A DNA stretch of 32,000 bases from Mycoplasma mobile 163K (GTDB lineage Bacteria; Bacillota_I; Bacilli_A; Mycoplasmatales; Metamycoplasmataceae): positions 690,001 to 722,000 of the forward strand of contig NC_006908.1 in NCBI RefSeq assembly GCF_000008365.1. Reading direction: 5' to 3'. The translations under genes and the position numbers were made by a program. Numbering within the stretch: position 1 is the first letter of the stretch; the number at the start of each line of letters is the position of its first letter. A model generated the notes under the pieces. The model searched no databases. It was not told where the DNA came from and was given only the letters and a program-made list of their open reading frames with translations. Of the stretch, positions 1-10,963 are shown in pieces.

Positions 1-91
1 CAATTGCTTTATACTCATCAAAAAGCAAAATAATATTTTTAAAATTTATTTGTTCTACTTTTCCAAAAAGTACTTGATCTTTTTTAAACAT
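1..91 (-). CDS. N-terminal fragment of an unidentified protein (gene continues beyond the left edge)
   Basis: ATG at 91..89 on the minus strand reads MFKKDQVLFGKVEQINFKNIILLFDEYKAI with no stop to position 1. Too short to assign a family. Confidence 0.3.
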   Translation of the reverse strand, partial: MFKKDQVLFGKVEQINFKNIILLFDEYKAI

Positions 92-162
92 AATCTCTTT
101 TTATTATATCTTATTTTTTATCTCTCCAAAAACATAAACATTATTTATGGTAAAATTTTTAA

Positions 163-711
163 ATGTTAAGAATTATTAGTGGTAAATTTAAAAACCATTT
201 TGTTGAATCTCCTCCTTTAGAAATTGTAAGACCAAGTACAGAAAAAGTCAGAGAAGCTATTTTTGATATGATTCAATTTGATATTGAGCAAGCAATTGTT
301 GCTGATCTTTTTGCAGGAAGTGGAATTTTTAGTTTTGAATTTATTTCAAGGGGAGCAATGAAAGTTTTTTCAATTGAAAAAAACTACAAAATTTTTAATT
401 TAATTAAAAAAAATATTGAAAAGTTTAAAGTAAATAACATTGATGCTATTAATACTGATGCGTTAAATTTTATTTCTCATGCTAATGGAAAAAAGTTTGA
501 TTTTATTTTTATGGATGCTCCATATGATAATTACGATCTCGTAAATGAAATCATAGCAAAAATTTTCAAAGAAGATTTGCTTAATCCAGAAGGTAGAATT
601 ATAGTCGAAACTAATGATAAAAATAAAATCATTGTTCCACAACCTGGAATGATTACTAAAGAAAAAAAATATGGGAAAACATTTGTTTTATTTTTAAATA
701 AAATTTTATAA
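163..711 (+). CDS. rsmD: 16S rRNA (guanine-N2)-methyltransferase, RsmD-like
   Basis: 182-aa ORF with SAM-binding motif DLFAGSG and a (D/N)PPY-type motif present as MDAPYD. Size is typical of RsmD. Confidence 0.75.
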   Translation: MLRIISGKFKNHFVESPPLEIVRPSTEKVREAIFDMIQFDIEQAIVADLFAGSGIFSFEFISRGAMKVFSIEKNYKIFNLIKKNIEKFKVNNIDAINTDALNFISHANGKKFDFIFMDAPYDNYDLVNEIIAKIFKEDLLNPEGRIIVETNDKNKIIVPQPGMITKEKKYGKTFVLFLNKIL

Positions 712-780
712 AAGGTGTGAGAAACTAGTTATAGTTTTTATTTAAAGTTTAGTAAATAAAATATGTGTATAATTTTAATT

Positions 781-1368
781 ATGCATCATGGGAAAATTAT
801 AATTTTATCTGGGCCTTCAGGAGTAGGTAAAGGTTCAATTGAAAAATTACTTTTAGAAGATGAAAAATTGAAATTAAAATTTTCAACATCTGTAACATCA
901 AGAAAACCAAGAGTAAATGAAATTGAAGGAAAAGATTATTTTTTTAGAAGCGAAGAAGAATTTTCAGAATTAATCAAAGAAAAAAAATTTATTGAATGAA
1001 GTAGGCATTTAAATAATTATTATGGAACTTTAAAATCTGAAGTAGATAAAATTTTAGGTGCAAAATTTAATGTTTTAATTGAAATTGAAACAACAGGTGC
1101 TTTAAACATCTTAAAATATTACAAAAAGAAAAACATGTTGAATGATGTAATTTCTATTTTTATTTTACCTCCTAGATTAGAAGAATTAGAAACAAGAATT
1201 CTTAATAGAGGTAGTGAAACAAAAGAAGAAATTAAGATCAGAATAAAAAAAGCAAAAAAAGAGATTAAACTTAAAAATAAATTCAAATATAATTTAACCA
1301 ACAATTTTTTACATGAATGTGTAGAAGAAGTAAAAAATATTTTAAAAAGGGAAATACATGAAATTTAA
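781..1368 (+). CDS. gmk: guanylate kinase
   Basis: Frame-1 fragments 763..999 and 1135..1368 join across TGA 997..999. P-loop IILSGPSGVGKGS. ATG 781 gives the usual short N-terminus; ATG 763 is the alternative. Confidence 0.88.
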
Positions 1369-2125
1369 ATATACAGTGCTCACAAATATAGGTGTGGTTA
1401 GAAAAGAAAATCAAGATCGGGCTAAAATTTTAGAAAATGAAGAAGTAGTATTTGCTATTTTATGTGATGGAATGGGTGGACATTTTGGTGGTTCTATTGC
1501 TGCCGAGATAAGTATAAAAACATTTGAAAATTTTTTCAATGCAAGATTTCCAAAAAATGTTAAAAATGAAACAAATGTTTATTTTGAATGAGTTAAAGAG
1601 GCATTGAAAAATTTAAAAGATGCTATGCTCAAAGAAGCAAATGGTGATGCAAAAAAAATGGACATGGGTACAACAATGACTGCTGCTATTATTTTTAAAA
1701 ACACTCACAATATTATTATTTTTAATATTGGTGATAGTAGAGCTTATATTTATAATGGGTTTTTACATCAAATAACTGTTGATCAAAATTTAACAAATTA
1801 TTACATTAAAGAAAAAAAATGAAATGAATTTGAAGCTTCTAAAATCCCTGGTGGATCAGCATTAGTTTCTTCAATTGGTCCAAATAAAAAAACAAATGTA
1901 GAAATTTTTCAAGTCGATAGATCAGAAGCAAATATTCCGAAATATGTTGTGTTAACTTCTGATGGTGTCCATGATTATGTTACAAAAGATTATTTTGAAA
2001 AAATTGTTGGTTCTAACAATTTAAGTTTAGAACAAAAGTCAGATTTATTAATTAAAGAAGCAATTAAAGGTCATTCAACTGATAACTTAACAATTGCAAT
2101 TGTGGAGGTTCCTAATGGATATTAA
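1358..2125 (+). CDS. prpC: PP2C-family Ser/Thr protein phosphatase
   Basis: Frame-2 fragments 1358..1591 and 1604..1822 plus a tail join across TGA codons to TAA 2123..2125. PP2C motifs ILCDGMGGH, IGDSRAY, TSDGVHD. Overlaps the gmk end by 11 nt. Confidence 0.85.
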
Positions 2126-3107
2126 AAATAGCAAAAGAATTACTGAAAAATACATTAACTTAAAACCAATTGGAAAAGGTGGTATGGCTCATGTTTATAG
2201 AGCCGAAGCCAAAGATACTGGTGTAAAAGTTGCAATTAAAACAATTGGTCCTGAAACTTCTGGAGATTCAAATTTTATTATTAATAAAAAGCGTTTTAAA
2301 GAAGAAATGAAAATTGCTCAAAAAATTTCTAATCCACACATCATAAAATTTTATCAAGGTGTCTTTGATGATAAAGATCAATACATTGTCATGGAATTTG
2401 TAGATGGAATTACTTTAGGTGAATACATTAAAGAAAGAACAAAATTAAGAGTTGATGAAGTTGTTGATTTTGCTAAACAAATTGTAAAAGGTTTTGTTGC
2501 AATTCACAGTAATGGAATTGTTCATAGAGATTTAAAATCTGCAAATATAATGGTGGATAAAACAAATAAAATTAAAATTATTGACTTTGGTATTGCTCTT
2601 GAAGATAATTCTGTAAGATATACTGCAACAAATAAAGTTATTGGTTCTGTTCAATACATGGCACCAGAAATTTTAAATAAACAAAGTGCAACAATTCAAA
2701 GCGATATTTATGCATTAGGAATTTTGTTATATGAAATGCTAATTGGAATGCCACCTTATAAAGAAGATACTCCTCTTGCCACTGCACAAAAACATCTTAC
2801 TGGAACAATTAAACCAGTAAATGAAATTGATGATCAAATTCCTCAATCTGTTGCTAATATTGTTATAAAAGCAACAGCAAAAAGTAGAACTGCAAGATAT
2901 AAGTCAATGGATGAAATTTTAGTGGATCTTGAAAGTGCTTTAGATCCTGAAAAACAAACAGAGAAAAAAATTGATTTAAGACCTGTTCAAGAAAAGGTAA
3001 AATTTAAATCAATACTTAAAAATAGAACAACTTGAATTTCAATTAGTGCTATTGTTTTAATAATAATTATCATTAGCTTAAGTGTTGGTATTGGTTTGGG
3101 AAGGTAA
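2115..3107 (+). CDS. prkC: Hanks-type Ser/Thr protein kinase with a single C-terminal TM helix (no PASTA repeats)
   Basis: Motifs GKGGMAHVY, VAIK, HRDLKSANIM, DFGIA, MAPE. ATG 2115 overlaps the prpC stop by 11 nt. Reads through TGA 3033..3035 into ISISAIVLIIIIISLSVGIGLGR, stop TAA 3105..3107. Confidence 0.9.
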
Positions 3108-3112
3108 ATAAA

Positions 3113-3952
3113 ATAAAAGGTCAAGTTTTTTCGATAAATTCAGGATTTTTCGATATTTTTTCAAGTGGTATAATTTACCGTGTTAGAGGAAGTGGAAACT
3201 TAAGAAATAACAATCAATCACCTCTAGTAGGAGATTTTGTTCATTTTGAAGAAAATGGTTTTATAACAGAAATTTTAGAAAGAAAAAATTTCTTGACAAG
3301 ACCTAAAGTGTCCAATCTTGATCAAATAATTTTGGTAGTTAGTCTAAAAGAACCAGATTTTAACTCATATACTTTAGACAAGTTGCTTTTAATTGTTGAA
3401 TTTAAAAATATTCAGCCAGTTATCATTTTTACAAAAAGTGATCTACTATCAGAATCTTCAAAAATTCCAAACTTATATGAAAAACAAGGCTACAAAGTTT
3501 TTTTAACATCTATAAATGATAAAAATTCATATGAAAAAATAAGTCAAATTTTTGAAAATAAATTAAGTGCTTTTGCTGGATGAAGTGGTGTTGGTAAAAC
3601 AACAATTATTAATCATTTAACAAACAATAATTATGAAACTCAGCAAATATCAAAATTTTTAGGTAGAGGAAAACATACAACAAGAATCACTCAAATAATC
3701 CCTTTTAATAAAGGTTGATTAATTGACACTCCAGGATTTAGTATTTTTGAACACAATTTAAAAAAAGAAGAAGTTTCAAAGGCCTTTTTTGACTTTAGAA
3801 TTTTTGCTAATGAATGTGAATTTAGAAATTGCTTCCATAATAAGGAAAAAAAATGCAAGGTAAAAGATGAAGTATCAAAAAATAATATTTTGCAAAGTAG
3901 ATATGATAATTATCTTAGAATATTAAGTGAGGTTGAAGATGAAACTTATTAG
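3113..3952 (+). CDS. rsgA: ribosome small-subunit-dependent GTPase A
   Basis: Frame 2 is open from 3077. OB-fold-like N-terminus (KGQVFSINSGFFDIF...SPLVGDFV), circularly permuted GTPase motifs TKSDL and GWSGVGKTT, Zn-finger CEFRNCFHNKEKKC, stop TAG 3950..3952. There is no ATG/GTG/TTG before TTG 3293; start assigned to ATA 3113 behind GGAAGG (3099..3104). The 5' end is uncertain. Confidence 0.8.
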
Positions 3953-4595
3953 TCCTTCTTTGTTGAATGTTGAAGAAAGCAAAAGAGCTGAAATTGCAAC
4001 TAAAATGATTGAATTAGGTATTAAATGAATTCATTATGATTTTATGGATGGAAAATTTGTACCTGAGACAGCAATTTCTTTTGAAAACTACATGGAAATA
4101 AAAGAAAAATCTCCTTCTCACATTAAAGACATACATCTTATGGTTCAAGATGTTAGTTTTTATGTTGAAAAGTTTTTAAATAAAGCAGAATATATCACAT
4201 TTCATTTTGAAGCATTAAATTACAATGAAATAAAAAAAATTTTGAAAAAATATCATGGACTTCAAAAATTTGGAATTGCATTAAAACCTAAAACAAACAT
4301 TGAACAAATCTATGAATATTTGCCATATGTGGATTTGGTTTTAATTATGAGTGTTGAACCTGGATATGGTGGGCAAAAATTTATCCCTAATTCACTAGAA
4401 AAAATTACAAAATTAAAGAAATATTTATTAGAAAGAAGCTTGGACATTGTTATTCAAGTTGATGGTGGAATAAACGAAGAATCTGGACCTCAAGCATTCG
4501 AAAGTGGCGCTGATATTTTAGTCTCAGGTTCTTATTTAGTAAAGAATTTAACAAAAGAGCAAATTGATTCACTTTTTCCAAAGGAAAAAAATTAA
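3939..4595 (+). CDS. rpe: ribulose-phosphate 3-epimerase
   Basis: ATG 3939 ([10 protein letters not shown]...) joins ORF 4044..4595 across TGA. Motifs [29 protein letters not shown]. Confidence 0.9.
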
Positions 4596-4603
4596 GGAGA
4601 AAT

Positions 4604-5932
4604 ATGTTTGATACAATTGCAGCAATCGCAACCGGAAACTCAATTCAAGCTATTTCCATTATTAGAATTTCAGGAAGCGATTCTTTTAAAATTGTAAAAA
4701 AAATTTTTACAGGAAAAATCGGAAAAAACAAAACTATTACATATGGTAATATTTTAAATCATGAAAGAAAAATTGTAGATGAAGTTCTTGTTGCTTGATT
4801 TGAAGGAACAAATAATTTCACAGGAGAAAATAGTGTAGAAATTTTTTGTCACGGAGGAATTGTTGTTACAAATTTAGTATTGCAATTATTGATTGCAAAT
4901 GGTGCTAGACTTGCTGAAAGAGGTGAATTTAGTAGAAGAAGTTTTTTGAATAAAAAAATGGACTTTGTAAAAGCCGAAGCAATTAATGATTTAATTCATG
5001 CAAAAACTATTAGACAAGCTCAAATTAGTGTTAATAAATTTGATGGGAAAATAAGCAAAGATATTGAATCATATATCGATACTTTGCTTTATTTAATTGC
5101 TACTTGTGAAACAAATATTGACTATCCAGAATATGATGATGTTGAAAATTTACATAATGAAACTTTATTACCAAAAATTAAGGAATTAATTCAAAAATTA
5201 AATGATTTAATTAAAATTTCTGAAAAAGCTTCAATAATTTATAATGGGTTAAAAATTGCAATTGTTGGAAAACCCAATGTAGGAAAAAGCTCATTATTAA
5301 ATGCTTTATTAAATGAAGAAAGAGCAATTGTTACAAATGAAGCCGGAACAACTAGAGATGTTATCGAAGCTTCTTTTCAAATTGATGGATTTTTATTTAG
5401 TATTTCAGACACAGCTGGTCTAAGAGAAGTTCAAAACAATATTGAAAATTTAGGGATTCAAAAAACTTTTGAAACAATTGAAAAATCAGATATTATTTTG
5501 CATATAATTCAACCTAATGAAGCAGAAAATGACTTTGATAAACAAATTGAAATTAAATCTAAAAATAAAATTTACTTAAAGATTTTAAATAAAAAGGATT
5601 TAATTAAAAATCACAATAAGCAAAATCACATGATAAAAATTAGTACTTTAAATAAAGACATCATTGAATTAGAAAATAAACTTTCTTCTTATTGTAATGA
5701 TGTTGAATGAGATAATCCTAATTTAATTTATTCTCAAAATCAATTATCTATGATTAAGAAATCTTATTTAGCTTTAAGTGAAGCAAAAGAAGGATTAGAA
5801 TCTGGTCTAACTCCAGATGTTGTTATAATAGATATTACTAAAGCTTGAGAAAGTTTAGTAAATATAAAAGGAAAAGCAGATAATGAATTATTACTCGATA
5901 AAATGTTTTCAAATTTTTGTCTTGGTAAGTAA
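4604..5932 (+). CDS. mnmE: tRNA modification GTPase MnmE (TrmE)
   Basis: Frame-2 fragments 4604..4798 and 4880..5710 plus a tail join across TGA. N-terminus DTIAAIAT, G-domain [12 protein letters not shown] and DTAGLR, C-terminal CLGK then TAA 5930..5932. Confidence 0.9.
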
Positions 5933-5944
5933 TTGGTAAGTAAT

Positions 5945-6730
5945 ATGAAAAAATATAGTGATGTTCATACACACCCATTAAAAGAATTTTATGAAGATGG
6001 TGAAATTGTTATTAAGGAAGCAATAGAAAATGATGTAGAAAAACTTTTTATTGTTGGAACTTCAATTGAAGATTCAAAAGAAGTAAAAGAGATATGTAAA
6101 AAATTTCCTGAGAATCTTTTCCCGATTATTGGAATTCATCCTTCAATAAGTTTTAATCCAGATGATGTTGATCAAATTGAAAAATTGCTTGATAAAAGTG
6201 TTGTCGGTATAGGTGAAGTGGGATTAGATTTTTACTATGACAATAATCCTAAAAAGGAACTTCAGATTGAAACTTTAAAAAGATTTTTAAGATTATCTAT
6301 TTCAAAAAATATTCCTACAATGATTCATATGAGAAATTCAATTGAGGATATGTATGAAATTTTTTCTCAAAAAGAATTTAAAAATCATAGAATAGTTTTT
6401 CATACTTATTCTGGAAATGCTTTTTGAGCAAAAAAATTTTTAGATTTAAATCCTAATATTTATTTTTCTTTTTCTGGGGTTGCTACTTTTAAAAATGCTA
6501 AAGATACTGTTGAAGCGATTAAAGAAATTCCTGTTGAAAGAATTTTTGTTGAAACAGATGCTCCTTTTTTGACTCCTGTTCCTTATAGAGGTACAAAAAA
6601 TAAACCTGTATATGTAAAAGAAGTAGCTAAATTTGTTGCTTCATTAAAAAAGTTAAATGTTGAGAATTTTAATATCAAGGTAAATGAAAATATAGAAAGA
6701 TTTTTTAACTTATCAAAATATGTCTCATAA
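5945..6730 (+). CDS. tatD: TatD-family metal-dependent DNase/hydrolase
   Basis: MKKYSDVHTHPL (HxH), GEVGLDFYY, and ETDAPFLTP after read-through of TGA 6425. Stop TAA 6728..6730 overlaps the rsmA start. Confidence 0.85.
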
Positions 6731-7484
6731 TTTTAAAAAAAGTCTTGGACAAAATTTTTTGCAAGATAAAAATATCATCGAAAAAATTGTGAATTTTATT
6801 CCTTTAGAAAATGAAGATGTTTTAGAAATTGGTCCGGGACAAGGAGCTTTAACTAATTTACTTGTAAAAAAATCTAAAAATGTTTTAGCATATGAAATTG
6901 ATAAAGAATTGATTCCTTTTTTAAAGGAAAAAATAAAAGCAAAAAATTTCACTTTAAAGCATGAAGATTTTTTGAAAAGTGAAATTGATTTTCAAGATAA
7001 AAAAATAATTATTGCAAACATTCCTTATTTTATAACAAGTGATATTTTGTTTAAAATTTTTGAAAACCATAAATTTTTTACAAAAGCTTTAATTATGGTT
7101 CAAAAAGAAATTGCTGATAAATTAATTGCAAAAGCAAATGATTCAAATTATGGAAAATTGAGTGTTAGTTCGCAATTCTTTGCAAATATAAAAAAAGTTA
7201 TTAATGTTCCAAGAACTTGTTTTTACCCTCAACCAAATGTTGATTCAGCAGTTGTTTATTTTGAATTTAAGAATGATATTGAAAATATTGATATTGAAAA
7301 ATTTTTAGTTTTTATAAAAACTTGTTTTTCTCAACAAAGAAAAAAACTTTCAAATAATTTAAAAAATGTTTATGATCTTGAAAAAATTAAAAGTGTTTTA
7401 AAAAAATTGAACCTATCTTTTGAGGTCAGACCTCAGCAAATTGATTTAAATGTTTATAAAATTCTTTTTTATGAATTAAATTAA
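6720..7484 (+). CDS. rsmA: 16S rRNA (adenine1518/1519-N6)-dimethyltransferase
   Basis: 254-aa intact ORF. KSLGQNFL, EIGPGQGALT, ANIPYFITS are classic KsgA/RsmA motifs. Confidence 0.92.
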   Translation: MSHNFKKSLGQNFLQDKNIIEKIVNFIPLENEDVLEIGPGQGALTNLLVKKSKNVLAYEIDKELIPFLKEKIKAKNFTLKHEDFLKSEIDFQDKKIIIANIPYFITSDILFKIFENHKFFTKALIMVQKEIADKLIAKANDSNYGKLSVSSQFFANIKKVINVPRTCFYPQPNVDSAVVYFEFKNDIENIDIEKFLVFIKTCFSQQRKKLSNNLKNVYDLEKIKSVLKKLNLSFEVRPQQIDLNVYKILFYELN

Positions 7485-7514
7485 TGTAAAATGTAAATAA
7501 AAGGTGGAATATCA

Positions 7515-8195
7515 ATGGCAATTATTTTCAACAAAAATGATCATGAATTAATAGACTTAGACGGAAGAAAAATTCTTGTAAGATTTCAGAGTGAAGAAGA
7601 AACTTCAAATAAGGCAATTAATTCTTTTGAAGACATTCAAATAAAATTGAAGCTTTTATCAGAAGATACTAAAGAGTTTTATTTTAGTTTGTTTGATAAT
7701 AATTCAAAAATAAATTTAGTAAAAGATAATAATAAAATTGATCTTGAAAATATAGATCCTAAATTTAAAGAAATTCTAACTAACATTTATAGTGCCTCAA
7801 AAGATTTAACAATAGTTAAATATGCAAAAATTTATTCTTTCTATTTAAAGCAATTATCGGATTGAAAATCTTTAAAAATGGTTTTATTAGATAATCCAAA
7901 AATTAATTTTAGAAAATGATATGAAATTTATGTTGAATTGAATGTAACTGAAGAAATTGGTAGACACTTTGATATTATTGTTGATAAGTTATCAACAAAA
8001 AGAAATATTGATGTTAATCTTTCTTGAGTAGAAAAACAAAAAAAACAATTTTTAGAATTTTTGAATGAATTTTTTACCCCAAAATTTTATTCAAATTTAG
8101 AAAAAGAATGAAATATTCAAACTAATAAATTTGTAAAAGAAGAAATAAGTAAAAAACCAAATGGACCAACATTTAATATAGTGGATGAAGCGTAA
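7515..8195 (+). CDS. hypothetical cytoplasmic protein (226 aa), no family recognised
   Basis: ATG 7515 preceded by AAAGGTGG. ORF 7515..7865 continues in frame 3 across four TGA codons to TAA 8193..8195. No TM segment and no motif recognised. Confidence 0.55.
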
Positions 8196-8237
8196 GTTTC
8201 TTTACTATATTTTTTTATTTTAAAAAAGGAGAAAGTA

Positions 8238-9236
8238 ATGTCACATTGTAATAATATCGAGGAAAATGTAATTTTTGGAACATCCAATTCAATTGAATTA
8301 GCAACAGAAATTGCAAAAAAAACAAATATTCCATTTGCTACTTTTGAAAAAGTGGTATTTGCTGATGGAGAAATTAAAGTAAAAAGTAATGTTGTAGTAA
8401 GAAATAGAATTGTCTACATCATTTTTTCTGGTTCTAGTCCTGTTAATGAAAATTTAATGGAGTTATTTTTGTTTATTGATTCTTTAAAAAGAGCTTCAGC
8501 AAAAGAAATTAATGTTGTTCTTACATATTTTCCTTATGCAAGACAAGATAGAAAAAATAAAGGTCGTGAATCTATTGGTGCAAAAGCAATTGCTGATATT
8601 TTAGAAAGAATGGGATCTACAAAAATCATTTCAATAGATTTGCACAACTCAAGTATTCAAGCATTTTTTGATATTCCGACAGATGATTTAAAAGGACAAT
8701 TTATTCTTGCGAAGGAATTAAAAAAATCAAATGAAAAATTTACTGTAGCATCCCCTGATCATGGTGGGGCAGTTAGGGCAAGACAATTGGCTGAATTGAT
8801 TTCAGACTCAATAAAAATTGCGATTGTAGATAAAAGAAGAACTGGACCAAATAAAAGTGAAATAGTTGGTGTTTTAGGAGAAGTCGAAGGTAAAAATATT
8901 GTCATCATTGATGATATTATTGATACTGGTGGAACAATAATTAAAGCAGCCGAAATGCTAAAATCTTTAGGGGCAAAAAAAATTATTGTTGCAGCAACTC
9001 ATGGACTTTTTTCGAATGGATTTCAAATTTTTGAAGAATCAGAAGCAATTGATCGTGTGATTGTAACAAATTCTGTTGCAACTGTTAATAATTTAGCTAA
9101 ATTTAAAAAATTAACAATTGCTGGAGTTGAAGATTTAATTTCAAGTGTTATTGAAGCTAATACTAAAAATGAGTCCATTTCAAAACTTTATGATACTTGA
9201 AGAAAAACAATTACTAATTTTAATGAAGACAAATAG
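8238..9236 (+). CDS. prs: ribose-phosphate pyrophosphokinase
   Basis: SD AAAGGAG upstream. Motifs YARQDRK, SPDHGG, VIIDDIIDTGGT. TGA 9198 read as Trp adds WRKTITNFNEDK to TAG 9234..9236, overlapping rsmG. Confidence 0.9.
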
Positions 9237-9846
9237 TGAAATTTGCAAAGAATTAGTTTCAAATCCTGAAAAATTTAATAAGCTTGAGCAATTTGTTTCG
9301 CTAGTTGAGGAATGAAATAAAAAAATAAATTTAACGGGTTTTGAAGGTGAAAATCTTTGAAAAGAAGGAATAAATGAGTCATTTTTTTGTTTTGAAAAAA
9401 TTTTAGAAACTAAAAATTTAAATGATTTTGAAAATAAAAGTTGAGTAGATATTGGCTCTGGAGCAGGATTCCCAATCATTCCATTTGCTATTATTTATCC
9501 AAAAATAAATTTTTATATTATTGAGAGCAATTCAAAAAGAGTTAGGTTTTTAGAATTAGTAAATGAAAAACTAAATTTGAAAATAAAAATTTTTAATACA
9601 AGAGCAGAAAATTTCTCTGAATTAAAATTTGACTTTGTTTCAGCAAGAGCTGTTGCTCATTTAGATTTACTAATAAAATACTTTATGAAAATTACAAAGC
9701 AAGATGCTACTGGCTATTTTATAAAGGGACCAAAAATTTTTGAAGAAAAAGAAGAAATTAACAACAAAAAAATAAGTATTGAAACATTAAAAATCGATAA
9801 AATAAAGGAAAAAAATGTTTTTGTTGTAAAAATGAATAGAATTTAA
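9190..9846 (+). CDS. rsmG: 16S rRNA (guanine527-N7)-methyltransferase RsmG (GidB)
   Basis: ATG 9190 (MILEEKQLL...) in frame 1 joins ORF 9577..9846 across TGA codons. Motifs WNKKINLTG, DIGSGAGFPIIP, SARAVA. Confidence 0.85.
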
Positions 9847-9860
9847 ATTTTCTATTCATT
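9831..9860. terminator. bidirectional hairpin shared by convergent rsmG and the membrane-protein gene
   Basis: AATGAATAGAA (9831..9841) pairs with TTCTATTCATT (9850..9860), 8-nt loop. Both stop codons lie inside the structure. Confidence 0.5.
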
Positions 9861-10301
9861 TTTCTTCATTGTATTTTTAATTTTTACTTTTCAAACCATT
9901 TTATCTTCTATTAAATTGATTATAAAATTAGTTGGAATTGCACTTAAAATCAAAATTACAGTAATAATAAATCTAGCTCAAATAGGTAAAGCATAACTAA
10001 GATAAATTCCTACTAAAGAAAAAGAAATTGGAATTAAAAAATAAAAAACTTGTAAATCGACAATTTTAAAATAGAAAAATAAAATGCCAATTAAAATTGA
10101 ATATAAAAAAAATCCTAACGAAATTACAAAAAATATCCCGAAAGAAAATCCAAAAATATTATCTCCAAAATCTGGTGAAGTAAAAAATCAAATCAAAATT
10201 GCTGGAATCATTATAAAAAACAATAAAAACAAAGATTTAGTTCAAGCAGATGATCTTTTAATTTTAATTCTTTGAGCTTTTTTTGAAGTTTTTTTTGCCA
10301 T
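9852..10301 (-). CDS. small integral membrane protein (149 aa, about 4 TM helices), function unknown
   Basis: Minus-strand ATG 10301..10299 to TAG 9854..9852, with four TGA=Trp codons. Basic N-terminus MAKKTSKKAQRIKIKR followed by hydrophobic stretches. The ORF track shows only an antisense artefact here (10084..10275 +). Confidence 0.55.
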
Positions 10302-10308
10302 ATTAACA

Positions 10309-10925
10309 TTATAAAGTTTCAATGATGAAAATTTGTTTATTTTTATCTTTTAATTTCAATAATATTTGATTGATATATCGGTTTATAATTGCAGTTTCCT
10401 CAAGAGTTTTAAAAGTATTTAATATTTCACTCTTCTTATTAAAACTAAAAATAATTGCTTTTTTATTTTCTTTGATATTTAAAAGAGATGTAAAAATAAT
10501 TTTAGGTATCTTTTTCTATTTTCCAAAGGTTCATTAGGCCAAGAGTGTTTTAGAGAACTTAAAACACAAATTATTAAATCGTTTTCATCTAATTGTTTTA
10601 TTTTTTTCTTGAGCATGTGAAACCTCTACAAAATGGAAAAATATTTTTTTAAAATTAATTTTGCATAAAAAATTTTTGAAATATTTCCAGAATTAATAGA
10701 TCCAATCAAAAAGATTTTGGTTGTTTTTTTCAAAAAACTTTAAAGCTTTTTCGATTTTTCCATTTTCGATAAATGGTTTTCTATTATTTTGTAGAGAATT
10801 GATTTTAAATAAAAAAGTCAAAACAGAAAAATTTCTAATCAATATTTTTGAAAAAATTTGATATTGCCAATTTTACAAAATATAAGTACTTCCATGATGA
10901 AATCAATTTTTTAGATTTGGTAACA
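10309..10925 (-). pseudogene. decayed RpiR/MurR-like regulator (SIS-domain remnant) with several frameshifts and stops
   Basis: Minus-strand pieces in three frames: ...GKIEKALKFFEK, then TTKIFLIGSINSGNISKIFYAKLILK (frame change in an A7 run), then QLDENDLIICVLSS, then a 63-codon tail IIFTSLLNIKENKK...IIETL* (stop 10311..10309). The pattern resembles the SIS-domain layout (IfifG.G.S...A, D.vI.iS.SG). No intact ORF. Confidence 0.4.
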
Positions 10926-10928
10926 TTT

Positions 10929-10953
10929 AAAAAAGAGCATAAAACTCTTTTTT
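10929..10953 (-). terminator. intrinsic terminator after thrS
   Basis: AAAAAAGAG / CTCTTTTTT, 9-bp stem, 7-nt loop, immediately downstream of the thrS stop (10964) on the minus strand, with a T-run. Confidence 0.5.
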
Positions 10954-10963
10954 AAATGTTCAA

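Noticed and set aside
1119-1304. ORF 1119..1304 (-), and similar antisense ORFs 6725..6952 (-), 22927..23124 (-), 23461..23799 (-), 24194..24382 (+), 26582..26770 (+), 28020..28205 (+), 28756..28941 (+), 31528..31827 (+)
   Set aside because: Each lies entirely within a well-supported gene on the opposite strand (gmk, rsmA, coaD, coaE, kbl, pdhD, pdhC, pdhA). These are AT-rich shadow ORFs with low-complexity translations.
9198-9236. Treating TGA 9198 as the true prs stop
   Set aside because: TGA is decoded as Trp everywhere else in the window, so prs most likely runs 12 more codons to TAG 9234. The extension (WRKTITNFNEDK) is unconserved-looking, so the exact C-terminus stays uncertain.
9180-10275. 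ORFs 9180..9479 (-) and 10084..10275 (+)
   Set aside because: They are antisense to rsmG and to the 4-TM membrane-protein gene respectively. They have no motifs, and the sense-strand genes explain the open frames.
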